Shown here piece after piece: positions 47,773 to 56,968 of a stretch of DNA of 64,000 nucleotides. The position numbers were made by a program, and so were the translations under genes. The first letter of the stretch is position 1. Every line of letters begins with the position of its first letter. The DNA lies in contig CALFYW010000016.1 in NCBI GenBank assembly GCA_937952265.1, positions 206,661 through 270,660 on the forward strand, given 5' to 3'. The notes beneath the pieces were generated by a model. That model saw nothing but the letters and a program-made list of their open reading frames with translations. It was not told where the DNA came from and ran no database searches. The stretch comes from an uncultured bacterium. GTDB lineage: Bacteria; Patescibacteriota; Minisyncoccia; Phycocordibacterales; GCA-2401445.

Positions 47773-48309
47773 ATGTTGAGTTTTTTACCTGAGGTTACAA
47801 AAAAAGAAATCATTATGGCATACCGCTTTCGTGTGGGGGTGGTTGCCTCGATACTTCTGAGTGTGGTGGTGTTGTTTGCATTAGCGATGCTGATGCCCGC
47901 GTACCACCTTATTTTAGTTGAGGAAGAGATTGTTCAAGCCCGCGAAAAACAACTGAGTGAATCAGTAGTTGCTAAACAAATTGAGGCAGCGGAGAAACTT
48001 TTTTCAAGGGTATCGGAGCAGGCAGTGCTTCTTTCGGGTTTTGAACAAGCTTCTGTCGCGAGCGACATGATCTCTCGTATTACGGGGCTTCGGGGAGGGG
48101 ATGTTGCGGTTGAAAGTATTCGTTTTGAGCCAGGAGATGAACACAATACGCTTATCCTGCGGGGTGTTGCGGTGTATCGTGACGCGCTTCTTGTGTTCAA
48201 GGAGCGCTTAGTGGCACTCGATGACTTTAATGAGGTGGTTCTTCCTATTAAAGATCTGGCGCGTGATCGAGATCTTGAGTTTACCATTACCATTCAAGGT
48301 GATTTTTAA
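47773..48309 (+). CDS. PilN-like pilus assembly protein (single TM + coiled-coil)
   Basis: N-terminal TM (VGVVASILLSVVVLFALAMLM) followed by a coiled-coil and periplasmic domain. Follows pilM. Confidence 0.5.
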   Translation: MLSFLPEVTKKEIIMAYRFRVGVVASILLSVVVLFALAMLMPAYHLILVEEEIVQAREKQLSESVVAKQIEAAEKLFSRVSEQAVLLSGFEQASVASDMISRITGLRGGDVAVESIRFEPGDEHNTLILRGVAVYRDALLVFKERLVALDDFNEVVLPIKDLARDRDLEFTITIQGDF

Positions 48310-48315
48310 TAACGT

Positions 48316-48882
48316 ATGCAGGATATTACCACATTACGAAAACTTTTTACCTTATTTTTCCTCGGTTTCCTCTTGGTGGCTGGTGGGTATGTGGGAGCCT
48401 GGTTATTTTTGATGCATAAAATTGATGGTGTGTTACTCGGTCGAGCATTGATTGAGCGTCGACTTGCCCAAGAGGAAGATTTTCCTTCGGTTCGTGAACT
48501 ACAGCTTCGAGTTGGATCACAAGCAGGGGATCTTAATGAGCAGTTCGTGGTCCCTGGAAATGAAGTTGAGTTTATTGAGGGAGTAGAGTCGCTGGCACGA
48601 ACAAGTGGTGTGGCGATTGAAATTAAAGCAGTGAATCCTGAATCTGAAGAGATTGAAGGATCTTCATTTGATCGAGAAGTAATTACACTTGATGTGCTCG
48701 CCATTGGCTCATGGCGGGGACTCTTTCATTTTCTCTCCCTTTTAGAAAATGCGCGACCATATATGCGTATTGATCGTTTTCAGTTTGAATACGGCTCGCT
48801 CCCGGGAGATTCTGAAGCAGAAGGATGGCGAGGACTTTTTGTTATTAGTGCGATAATGTATGAAGATGCTACATCGTTATGA
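48316..48882 (+). CDS. PilO-like pilus assembly protein
   Basis: N-terminal TM (LFTLFFLGFLLVAGGYVGAWLFLM). Position third in a pilM-N-O-like series with 4-nt overlaps. Confidence 0.4.
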   Translation: MQDITTLRKLFTLFFLGFLLVAGGYVGAWLFLMHKIDGVLLGRALIERRLAQEEDFPSVRELQLRVGSQAGDLNEQFVVPGNEVEFIEGVESLARTSGVAIEIKAVNPESEEIEGSSFDREVITLDVLAIGSWRGLFHFLSLLENARPYMRIDRFQFEYGSLPGDSEAEGWRGLFVISAIMYEDATSL

Positions 48883-49232
48883 AAAAGATCTCTTTTAAAA
48901 AACTATTAGTATCTAGCAAGACTTTTCTAAAGAGGAAAGAGTCTCCAATTAATCCTCGGCGCGACTGGTTGCTTATGCTCACCGTGTCTGTACTCCTGTT
49001 TCTTGGTGGGATGGTTGGGGGTGCTAAACTATACCTTGATGTTGAGCGCGGGACTCATGGTGGGCAAAACGTGGGGCTCGGAGCAAATCACGAGGTTGTA
49101 GTCCACACCGGAAACACTTCGCCGGTTGATTTAGCCCGACTTCAAAAAATAGTGGATTCAATTATCATGCGAGGTGAACGTTTTTCTGAATTACAGCGAT
49201 CAGCACCTTCGGTCATTGACCCTCGCATCTAG
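48879..49232 (+). CDS. small single-TM protein, last gene of the pilMNO-like operon
   Basis: 117 aa with TM LLMLTVSVLLFLGGMVGGAKLYL. Start overlaps the upstream stop. Confidence 0.35.
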   Translation: MKKISFKKLLVSSKTFLKRKESPINPRRDWLLMLTVSVLLFLGGMVGGAKLYLDVERGTHGGQNVGLGANHEVVVHTGNTSPVDLARLQKIVDSIIMRGERFSELQRSAPSVIDPRI

Positions 49233-49253
49233 TCTGTATATCATGCTGACATT

Positions 49254-49325
49254 GCTCCCGTAGTTCAATGGATAGAACAGGGGACTTCTAAGCCTCTAAT
49301 GTAGGTTCGATTCCTGCCGGGAGCA
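49254..49325 (+). tRNA. tRNA-Arg (anticodon UCU)
   Basis: Acceptor GCUCCCG/CGGGAGC, D-arm GUUC..GAAC, anticodon loop CUUCUAA, T-loop UUCGAUU. Confidence 0.7.
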
Positions 49326-49486
49326 CCGCATCAAGTCTGATTTTACTGATGGTATGGTATTCTTGCGCTATATTATAATATGGTAAGAGGAATCAAGATG
49401 GCACATTCATGAATCACGCTTATTACTGGTTACTCCGAGTATTAAAGTTGGCAAAAGGCAATAACACCTTAGAAACGTAAATTTGT

Positions 49487-51271
49487 ATGGAACACACTAC
49501 AGAGCTCGAGCATATTCGCCATTCATTATCCCATATCCTTGCAATGGCGGTTTTGGCATATGACCCAGAAGCACGCCTCGGTATTGGCCCCGTTATAGAT
49601 AACGGTTTTTATTATGATATTCAGTTCTCAAAAAAATTTTCAGATGAAGCACTGCCCTTATTAGAGGAATCTATGCGAAAGATCATCGCGCAAGACTTAC
49701 CGTTTAGAGGGAAGGAGGTAACTCCAGATGAAGCTCGAAATCTTTTCGCTCACCAGCCTTTTAAGTTGGAATTGATTCAGGAATTAGAAACAGATAAACA
49801 AAAAATCAGTGTGTATCATACCGGAGATACGTTTATGGACCTTTGTCGTGGTGGCCATGTTGGATCCACAAAAGAGATTCCGATCGATGGATTCGCTTTA
49901 ACCCATAGTGCTGGTGCGTATTGGAAGGGGCATGAGAGAAACCCAATGCTCACGCGTATTTATGGTCTCGCATTTCATTCGGCGGAAGCATTAGAGGCAT
50001 ACCGTAAAACACAAGAGGAAGCAAAAAAACGAGACCATCGCGTGCTCAATGAAAAGCATGATTACTTTATGATTTCTGAAGAAGTAGGGAAAGGTCTCCC
50101 TTTATACCTCCCGCACGGCGCCTATATTCGAAAAAAATTGGAAGATTTTATGTATGAGAAAGAGCTTGCGCACGGATATCAATATGTTTATACCCCACTA
50201 CTCACCCATAAACGACTTTATGAACAGTCAGGACATTTAACCCATTACCGCGATGATATGTACAACCCTCTTGAGATAGAGGGTGAGGAATACTATATTC
50301 GGCCAATGAATTGCCCGCATCACCATCAGATTTTCAAACATAAACCCGTTTCGTATCGTGATCTCCCGTTACGGCTTGCGGAATTTGGTCTGGTGCACCG
50401 ATTTGAGCGCTCGGGCGTACTCACGGGGCTTATTCGTGCCCGTTGTTTTACACAAAATGACGCGCACATTTATTGCGCGAAACAAGATTTGAAAAAAGAG
50501 TTGCGTGGCGTACTCGAACTTTTTAAAGAAGTATATGATAACGTGTTTGATATTAAAGATTATTGGTTTCGTCTTTCATTGCCTGATTTCTCAAATACGG
50601 AGAAATTTGGGGATCTTGAGAATAAAGCGATGTGGGATGAGGCGACTGAAGCAGCGCGCGCGGCACTCAATGAGTTTGGCGCGCGTTATGTTGAAGGTGG
50701 AGGTGAGGCCGCATTTTATGGTCCCAAAATTGATGTAGAGATACGTAATGTAAACGGAAAGGAAGACACCATTGCGACGGTACAAGTTGATTTTTATTCT
50801 GCAGACCGATTTAATCTCGAATTTACCAACAATCAAGGACAAAAAGAAAAACCAGTCATTATTCATCGCGCCATCATGGGTTCTTTTGAACGATTTTTTG
50901 CGTTTCTTATTGAGCAATATGCAGGCGTATTTCCAACATGGCTTTCACCGGTGCACGTCATGGTGCTCCCCATAAGCGAGAAACATGGTGCGTACGCCGA
51001 AGAGGTTACGGAGACGCTTCGTAATGGAGGTCTTCATGTACGTCTTGATAATTCAAAAGAAACCCTTGGGAGGAAAGTGCGTACCGCAAAGAATCTCAAA
51101 GTCCCTTATTTTATTGTTGTGGGTGACCAAGAGGTAAAACTAAAAACAATTACTGCTGAAGATCGTCATGGAGACAAAATCGAAAATACTTCGGTGGGCG
51201 AGTTTCTCTCGTTAGTGCAAGAGGAGATTAAGACACGTAAAAATTTTAATTTAAAAAGCAAGGCTGAGTAA
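49487..51271 (+). CDS. thrS: threonyl-tRNA synthetase (no N-terminal TGS domain)
   Basis: Editing-domain HxxxH (HIRHSLSH), class II motifs (FRLAEFG...HRFERSG; GFGLERL-like region), and an anticodon-binding domain. Confidence 0.95.
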   Translation: MEHTTELEHIRHSLSHILAMAVLAYDPEARLGIGPVIDNGFYYDIQFSKKFSDEALPLLEESMRKIIAQDLPFRGKEVTPDEARNLFAHQPFKLELIQELETDKQKISVYHTGDTFMDLCRGGHVGSTKEIPIDGFALTHSAGAYWKGHERNPMLTRIYGLAFHSAEALEAYRKTQEEAKKRDHRVLNEKHDYFMISEEVGKGLPLYLPHGAYIRKKLEDFMYEKELAHGYQYVYTPLLTHKRLYEQSGHLTHYRDDMYNPLEIEGEEYYIRPMNCPHHHQIFKHKPVSYRDLPLRLAEFGLVHRFERSGVLTGLIRARCFTQNDAHIYCAKQDLKKELRGVLELFKEVYDNVFDIKDYWFRLSLPDFSNTEKFGDLENKAMWDEATEAARAALNEFGARYVEGGGEAAFYGPKIDVEIRNVNGKEDTIATVQVDFYSADRFNLEFTNNQGQKEKPVIIHRAIMGSFERFFAFLIEQYAGVFPTWLSPVHVMVLPISEKHGAYAEEVTETLRNGGLHVRLDNSKETLGRKVRTAKNLKVPYFIVVGDQEVKLKTITAEDRHGDKIENTSVGEFLSLVQEEIKTRKNFNLKSKAE

Positions 51272-51279
51272 GTTTCAAA

Positions 51280-52866
51280 TTATTCACTTTTCTTGATATT
51301 AGAATTTTGTTTTACCCATTCAAGAAGCAGTCGAGTATCCTTTTCTCGATTTTCTGAACCAAGTACAATAATCGCAACAGGGACTTCACCAGTAGGAGTT
51401 TTGAGGTTCCATACCGTTGCCAACGTTTCTCCCGCAGCACTCGTTTTTCCGTTTTTTACTCCAACAAGTTCTGGTTCGTAGATGAACTCATTTACGTTTT
51501 TTAAGCTCGTAAGGTTGATGGTTCCTCCAATTTTAAGGAGTCCGATGTCGTCGAATACTCGCCCTCGAGTGATCTCAAATAGGAAGGGTCGTTTGTAATA
51601 AATGTATGCCAAAAGTTGTGAGAGGTCTTCGGCAGTAGATATGTTTTGAGCACTGATCCCTGAGGGGTCGCTAAAGCGGGTTTCTTCCATAAGAAGAGAT
51701 TCCGCTTTGCTATTCATCTGGGCTACAAAATGGTTTCCTCCAACAAATCCAGCCAGTAGGTTTGCTGAGGTGTTTGATGACTGCATTAAAAGAGGGTAGA
51801 GAAGATCAACCCCAGCATAGTCGCTCCCAGTCGTAGGTGTGAAGATCTCTTGTATTGCGGCAAGTAGGTTGGGGGTTGCGTGGATTGACCGGCCAAGATA
51901 AATAACTTCATGTGCTACCACCGCGGTCATGAGTTTGGTAAGGGATGCAATAGGGAGTGCGACTGATGCGTTTTTCTCAAGTATGGTTTTTTGAGAGTGG
52001 ATCTCTGAAATCAAAAATGCTTCCGCGGTAACTTCAGGTGGTGCCGAAGGCGCCGGTGTTAATAGAAAGTCTCCATAATGAATATTTTCATTTCTATCCT
52101 CAAGCACCAAAATTGGCATGTCTTTCGGGCCAAAATCAAAAACTTTTTGCGCATCTTCATTTGAGAGTCGTATACAACCGCCAGAATAGTCCGAGGATAC
52201 GGGAGCTCCATCATCATAATGGGGCCAACCGTGTACAAAATAGTTTCCATAAAATTGCATACTATATGGCATCCATACATGCCCTATAGATGAATAGTGG
52301 TTCCTTTTTTTGCCAAGGATGTGATAGCTTCCGGTCGGAGTTTCCCACCAACTTCCTGGCTTTCCTTTACTTAAGATTTTAAAGGTTTCTTTGGCCACCC
52401 CGTTTTCATACAGTGTAATCGTCATACTACGAAGATCTGCTTCAATAAAGCTGATCTTCTCTTCAATATAAGAGCTTCTTTGTTCAAGTACTTTTTCTTT
52501 ATCTGGAAGCACGAGTGTTTGTGTATCAGTGAAAACCTCCTCTTTAATGTCGGGTGTATTTTTTGTTTCTATAACCTGATGACGTTCAATATGCTGAGGT
52601 GTGGTCGCACGGCTCTTTAAAAGATAAGCTATTACCCCAATAAGTATGAGCGCAATGAGGAGCAATATGAAGTATACGAACCACTTTCTCGGATATTTCC
52701 CAAATGCACTCTTATGATGAGCGGGTATATGTTTCCCGTGCTTGAACGCGCGACGGATTTCTTCAGTATCCCACCCTGCACGACGGAGATTTTTTACGAT
52801 TTCTTTATGGCTTAGACCAAATCGTGTTGCTTGTGAGATATATTCTTCGAGTCGCTCGGTATCCAT
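51280..52866 (-). CDS. fusion protein: L,D-transpeptidase (YkuD) domain + serine-type D-Ala-D-Ala carboxypeptidase (S11, PBP5-like) domain
   Basis: N-terminal TM. Ldt catalytic region SIGHVWMPYSMQFYGNYFVHGWPHY...SGGCIRL. C-terminal S11 motifs SxxK (IASLTKLMTAVV), SxN (MQSSN) and KTG-like (VKNGKTSAAG). Confidence 0.8.
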   Translation of the reverse strand: MDTERLEEYISQATRFGLSHKEIVKNLRRAGWDTEEIRRAFKHGKHIPAHHKSAFGKYPRKWFVYFILLLIALILIGVIAYLLKSRATTPQHIERHQVIETKNTPDIKEEVFTDTQTLVLPDKEKVLEQRSSYIEEKISFIEADLRSMTITLYENGVAKETFKILSKGKPGSWWETPTGSYHILGKKRNHYSSIGHVWMPYSMQFYGNYFVHGWPHYDDGAPVSSDYSGGCIRLSNEDAQKVFDFGPKDMPILVLEDRNENIHYGDFLLTPAPSAPPEVTAEAFLISEIHSQKTILEKNASVALPIASLTKLMTAVVAHEVIYLGRSIHATPNLLAAIQEIFTPTTGSDYAGVDLLYPLLMQSSNTSANLLAGFVGGNHFVAQMNSKAESLLMEETRFSDPSGISAQNISTAEDLSQLLAYIYYKRPFLFEITRGRVFDDIGLLKIGGTINLTSLKNVNEFIYEPELVGVKNGKTSAAGETLATVWNLKTPTGEVPVAIIVLGSENREKDTRLLLEWVKQNSNIKKSE

Positions 52867-52963
52867 CCTTGTTATTTTATGTGTTTTTTAACACAAAAAG
52901 AACAGAGAATGTGGTGATAAGTTAGAATAGGCAAATATGATTTTTGTGAGGGTATCTCTACTG

Positions 52964-53039
52964 TGGTGGGCGCTGAGGGACTTGAACCCCCGACCTTCTC
53001 GGTGTAAACGAGTTGCTCTACCAACTGAGCTAAGCGCCC
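52964..53039 (-). tRNA. tRNA-Val (anticodon UAC)
   Basis: Acceptor GGGCGCU/AGCGCCC, anticodon loop UUUACAC, T-loop UUCAAGU, CCA encoded. Confidence 0.8.
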
Positions 53040-53105
53040 ATATTAAAAACATACTCTATTTTAATGCATTTTTCAATAAAAGCAGTATAGTAGGGAATAT
53101 CATTT

Positions 53106-53831
53106 ATGCAAGCAGAAATTACGCTTCTTTATGAAGATCAGGACGTCTTGGTGATTAATAAACCAGCGGGGATTCCGGTGCATGCCGATGGGAGAAATGA
53201 GACGCAGTCTACGGTAGCTGACTGGGTGCTTACTCAGTTTCCAAAGATGAAGGGGGTAGGTGAGCCGATGGAGCTTTCAAATGGGATGATGATTGATCGT
53301 CCAGGCATCGTACATCGAATCGATCGCGATACCTCAGGAGTATTGGTGCTCGCGCGCCATCAGGAGTCATTTGCTTTTTTGAAGAAGCAGTTTCAATCGC
53401 GAGAAATTAAAAAGAAATATCTCGGCTTTGTTTATGGAAGCATGAACACAAAAGAAGGAATCGTTAACCTACCTATTGGAAAGAGCGCGCGTGATTTTCG
53501 AAAATGGTCTGCGGAGAGGGGCGCAAAGGGGGTTCTACGTGATGCAGAAACTTTCTTTCGGGTGATAGAGAGTTCTCACGAGGCTTCATTTATTGAGCTT
53601 TTTCCCACCACGGGGCGCACTCATCAGCTCCGTGTTCATTTGAAAGCAATACATCACCCCATTGTGTGCGATAAGCTGTACGCACCAAAACGGGCCTGTA
53701 TATTAGGTTTTAATCGACACGCACTCCATGCGAGTATGATCACCTTTAAGAGTAGTTCGGGAGGGATGCATTCAGTTGAAGCGCTCTTGCCACAAGATTT
53801 TATTGATGCGAAGCGCGTCTTGCTCGGATAA
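53106..53831 (+). CDS. RluA-family pseudouridine synthase
   Basis: Catalytic motif HRIDRDTSGVLVLA and conserved RTHQLRVH. Confidence 0.85.
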   Translation: MQAEITLLYEDQDVLVINKPAGIPVHADGRNETQSTVADWVLTQFPKMKGVGEPMELSNGMMIDRPGIVHRIDRDTSGVLVLARHQESFAFLKKQFQSREIKKKYLGFVYGSMNTKEGIVNLPIGKSARDFRKWSAERGAKGVLRDAETFFRVIESSHEASFIELFPTTGRTHQLRVHLKAIHHPIVCDKLYAPKRACILGFNRHALHASMITFKSSSGGMHSVEALLPQDFIDAKRVLLG

Positions 53832-53846
53832 CCGGCTTATGGTAAG

Positions 53847-54341
53847 GTGTTCTCTAATATGTCATACGCAGTAAAAGCACTTGCCGACGTTTCGATTTCA
53901 TCAGTAAATAGAGAGGCTCGAGCTAAGCTCGGCATTCGTTCTGGTGATACGGTACGTGTTTGGCAGAAAATTCAAGAAAAAGGAAAAACTCGACTTCAAG
54001 CTTTCGAGGGATTAGTGCTTGCCGTAAAACACGGAAGTGAACCAGGTGCTCGTTTTGTGGTTCGCCGTGTCTCTGGGGGCATGGGCATCGAAAAGAATTT
54101 TCCACTTTATTCTCCGATGATTGATAAGATTGAAATCTTGCGCCGTTCAAAAGTCCGTCGCGCGAAACTTTATTTTGTGCGTGAGAAGGTCGCAAAAGAA
54201 ATTCGCCGGCAAATGCGCAATATGCGACAGATGAATATTTCAGTAAGTGAGAGCGAAGCGCAGGAGGAAGTTTCTAAAGAAGAAGAAAAAAAGACAGAGC
54301 ATGCCGAACCAACGCCAGAAAAAGTAGAAGAAAAGGAATAA
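53847..54341 (+). CDS. rplS: 50S ribosomal protein L19 with a ~45-aa C-terminal Glu/Lys-rich extension
   Basis: GDTVRVWQKIQEKGKTRLQAFEGLVLAVKHGSEPGARFVVRRVSGGMGIEKNFPLYSPMIDKIEIL is canonical L19. The extension (...SESEAQEEVSKEEEKKTEHAEPTPEKVEEKE) is not part of the L19 core. Confidence 0.9.
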   Translation: MFSNMSYAVKALADVSISSVNREARAKLGIRSGDTVRVWQKIQEKGKTRLQAFEGLVLAVKHGSEPGARFVVRRVSGGMGIEKNFPLYSPMIDKIEILRRSKVRRAKLYFVREKVAKEIRRQMRNMRQMNISVSESEAQEEVSKEEEKKTEHAEPTPEKVEEKE

Positions 54342-54354
54342 TAGCTGTTCAACT

Positions 54355-54380
54355 AAAAAAGCTCCAGAGGAGCTTTTTTA
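54355..54380 (+). terminator. rho-independent terminator after rplS
   Basis: GCTCC-AGA-GGAGC hairpin preceded by AAAAAA and followed by TTTTTT. Confidence 0.75.
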
Positions 54381-54419
54381 GTTGAAAGATGATACGTACT
54401 CGTGCATAATACCCGATAT

Positions 54420-54506
54420 GCGCAGGTGCTGAAACTGGTAGACAGGCTAGCTTGAGGGGCTAGTGCTCATTAGAGCGTGGAGGTTCAAGTCCTCTCCTGC
54501 GCACCA
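54420..54506 (+). tRNA. tRNA-Leu (anticodon GAG)
   Basis: Acceptor GCGCAGG/CCUGCGC, anticodon stem CUAGC/GCUAG with loop UUGAGGG, long variable arm, T-loop UUCAAGU, CCA encoded. Confidence 0.8.
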
Positions 54507-55393
54507 AAACTAACTTTGTTGGAATTGATTGCTCCGCTCGCCACCCCAAATAAAAGTTTTGTTCGCTTTTTCTGATTTGCGCGCCGGATTTTTTCTTCTA
54601 AAAGGAAAACAAAACTTTTCTTTGGGGCTCTGCTCTGAACGAGCAGGCGGCGGGGCGGGTCAGTTTTCCCGCTCAAAAAAGGTTCGCGCAAAGTGTATAA
54701 TTACAGCACCAGAACAGAACTTAACGGTTTTTCAGAGACCGAATTGTGGGCGGCACAAAGCGCCGCCCACTGATTTCCTCCCCCATTTTTCCAAACGAAT
54801 TTGGAGCGTCGCCTTCGGCGACGCGCACTTTTCTTTCGGCGAGGAGGAGGTGCGAATCAGAAGCAATTTTAACTCATAGTATTTGCTTTGGATACAAAAA
54901 GAATTTTTGCTATAATGAATTTGCGCTAACTTGTGGAAGGCCTATTTTAATGGCCGTATCGGACTTATCTAGGTCTTCTATTGAGCGCAAGCACAATAAG
55001 ATTTGATTGCGCGTAGCGCAAACCAAAGGGTAGAATTCAGAGCACTAACTACATTTCCGCGCGCTTTTTGCGGAATGGTTGTTGATTTTGTAATCTCCCA
55101 ATACTTTACAAGAAGAGTGTTTTTAGGGTATAGTTCGGATGTTCAAATAGTAACCTCTATTTATAGTTCAATAATATGAATAATCAAGATTTATCTAAGG
55201 GTGGAGATTTTGATCCAGGATCGTTATCCTCGCCGCTGGCGTTGCCAGGGGCGATCTCTCTTTTTTTGTAGAAGCGTTTTCAATTTACGTTAAACGTTTT
55301 TGGGTTTTCTCGGGTATCGCAACAATTCCTTTTGTCACCTTTTTTATTTTTGATCTTTTATTTTCGCTACTCCCATCAGGAAACCAGGGGGTA

Positions 55394-56290
55394 TTGATTA
55401 CGATAGAGCTTTTTACCCTAATAGGTTTTATCGTTATCGCACTTTGGAGTCAAATTGCATTGATTGTTGCGGTTAAAGACTATCAGGAGAAAATTGGAAT
55501 TATTGAGTCGTACCGTCGTGCTTGGAAATACAATCTTTCGTATTGGTGGATTGAACTACTCATAGCTATTATTACAACCGGAGGCTACCTCCTCTTTATT
55601 ATTCCAGGTGTTATTTTTAGCCTATGGTTTCTATTTTCACGATTTGTCTTGGTCGCTGAAGGAGAGAGGGGAATGTCAGAGCTTCTTAAGAGTAGAGAGT
55701 ATGTTAAGGGGAGGTGGTTCAAGATCTTCTTTAGACTTCTTTTTATTGGTGTGATAATACTTGCAATCGTATTTACGCTTTATTTTGATTTTGGATCAGG
55801 TCTGCCATTCCTACCTGATTCAACCATGCAAGAGGTGCTTGCTCTCATAATGCAAATTCTCCTTTACCCATTTGTTATGAGCTATCTCTTCCTCTTGTAT
55901 TTTTATAGCAAAAAAGCAAAGGGGGATTTTTCTTTCTCACCAACTCGTGGCCAAAAGGCAACCTTCTTGTCTATCGGTTTTGCAGGAGTACTCATTCCAA
56001 TTGTTCTTGCGGGGGTAGTATTTTTTAGCTTGAACACGGCTCGAGAAAAGGCAGCTCAGCGCGTTGCGGATATACAAACAATACAGACTGGATTAGCACT
56101 TTACTATGAAGAAAATAGTACATACCCGGTTTCTCTCGAAGAGCTTACCCCTCACTATGTGCCAGCAGTTCCTTTTGATATTACAACCGGTCAGCCCTAT
56201 CAGTACGAACAATTTGGAGATTCTGATTACGCGCTTTGTCTTGAGGTCAACAGAGAGGTGAAATGCTTGTCCGCATGGGCTCTCAATTGA
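55394..56290 (+). CDS. polytopic membrane protein with a C-terminal type IV pilin-like globular domain; probable N-terminal extension from 55176 disrupted by a frameshift
   Basis: Several TM helices, then ...TAREKAAQRVADIQTIQTGLALYYEENSTYPVSLEEL...QPYQYEQFGDSDYALCLEV, which resembles the pilin/pseudopilin head domain. An upstream ORF (ATG 55176, stop 55269-55271) falls into this frame if one T is added to the T7 run at 55261-55267. Confidence 0.5.
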   Translation: MITIELFTLIGFIVIALWSQIALIVAVKDYQEKIGIIESYRRAWKYNLSYWWIELLIAIITTGGYLLFIIPGVIFSLWFLFSRFVLVAEGERGMSELLKSREYVKGRWFKIFFRLLFIGVIILAIVFTLYFDFGSGLPFLPDSTMQEVLALIMQILLYPFVMSYLFLLYFYSKKAKGDFSFSPTRGQKATFLSIGFAGVLIPIVLAGVVFFSLNTAREKAAQRVADIQTIQTGLALYYEENSTYPVSLEELTPHYVPAVPFDITTGQPYQYEQFGDSDYALCLEVNREVKCLSAWALN

Positions 56291-56340
56291 TCAGGATAAA
56301 ACTTTATCGCGGTTTTTTCTGAGATGGTATAATAATCGGT

Positions 56341-56901
56341 GTGGATTTTTTTTCATTCTTTTCTTATAAACAGACACGAGGGTTTACGCTACTTGAGTTG
56401 CTTGTCGTGATTTCAATTATTGGATTTTTATCTTCCACGGCACTTGTTTCTCTTGGAGATGCTCAGACTAAAGTTCGAAATACTGCTCGGCTTCAAATTG
56501 CCAAAGAGTATGAAAAGGCGATTATATTAGCTCGCGAAACGTATGATACCTACCCGGTTACTCCTGATACGAACCGCTACTACTGCTTGGGAGATTTTGA
56601 TGATGATGCGTGTGGGTCTGGAGGAATTGGTAATCAAGAGTATGGGCCATTGCTTACGACCATAGGTGAATTTTATCCGGGATTACCAACACTTGAGCAG
56701 GTACCTATTGGTCGGTCGGGTCGTATAACCCCATGGGAGGGGCCGTTATATCAGTGCTCAGAAATTATTGGAGGAATTTGTACACGAGTCGAAATGATGT
56801 GGTTTACTGAAGGGCTTGATACGATATTTTGTGGAAATGCTGAAGCGACAGCGCGTGCCAGTTTGGGTGCAACTCGGTGTCTTCTTACCTTTGAAATTTG
56901 A
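56341..56901 (+). CDS. type IV pilin-like protein, Cys-rich (prepilin-type N-terminus)
   Basis: N-terminus ...TRGFTLLELLVVISIIGFLSSTALVSL. 8 Cys in the C-terminal domain. Confidence 0.75.
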   Translation: MDFFSFFSYKQTRGFTLLELLVVISIIGFLSSTALVSLGDAQTKVRNTARLQIAKEYEKAIILARETYDTYPVTPDTNRYYCLGDFDDDACGSGGIGNQEYGPLLTTIGEFYPGLPTLEQVPIGRSGRITPWEGPLYQCSEIIGGICTRVEMMWFTEGLDTIFCGNAEATARASLGATRCLLTFEI

Positions 56902-56968
56902 GTAGTTTATCCACCCATACGCATCGTTTTTGATAAACGTGCATGATAAAGTGATAGTATAAACCACT

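Noticed and set aside
54600-54900. Possible RNase P RNA (ACAGAAC...UUAACGG resembles the P4 3' region)
   Set aside because: The P4 partner strand (GGAAAGUCCGGGC / CCGGCUUA) and other universally conserved RNase P RNA blocks are not present on either strand.
54529-55006. Two overlapping plus-strand ORFs (116 and 86 aa) in the long non-coding gap
   Set aside because: Low-complexity, Arg/Ser/Gly-rich translations of GC-rich hairpin DNA. No RBS, no conservation cues, mutually overlapping frames.
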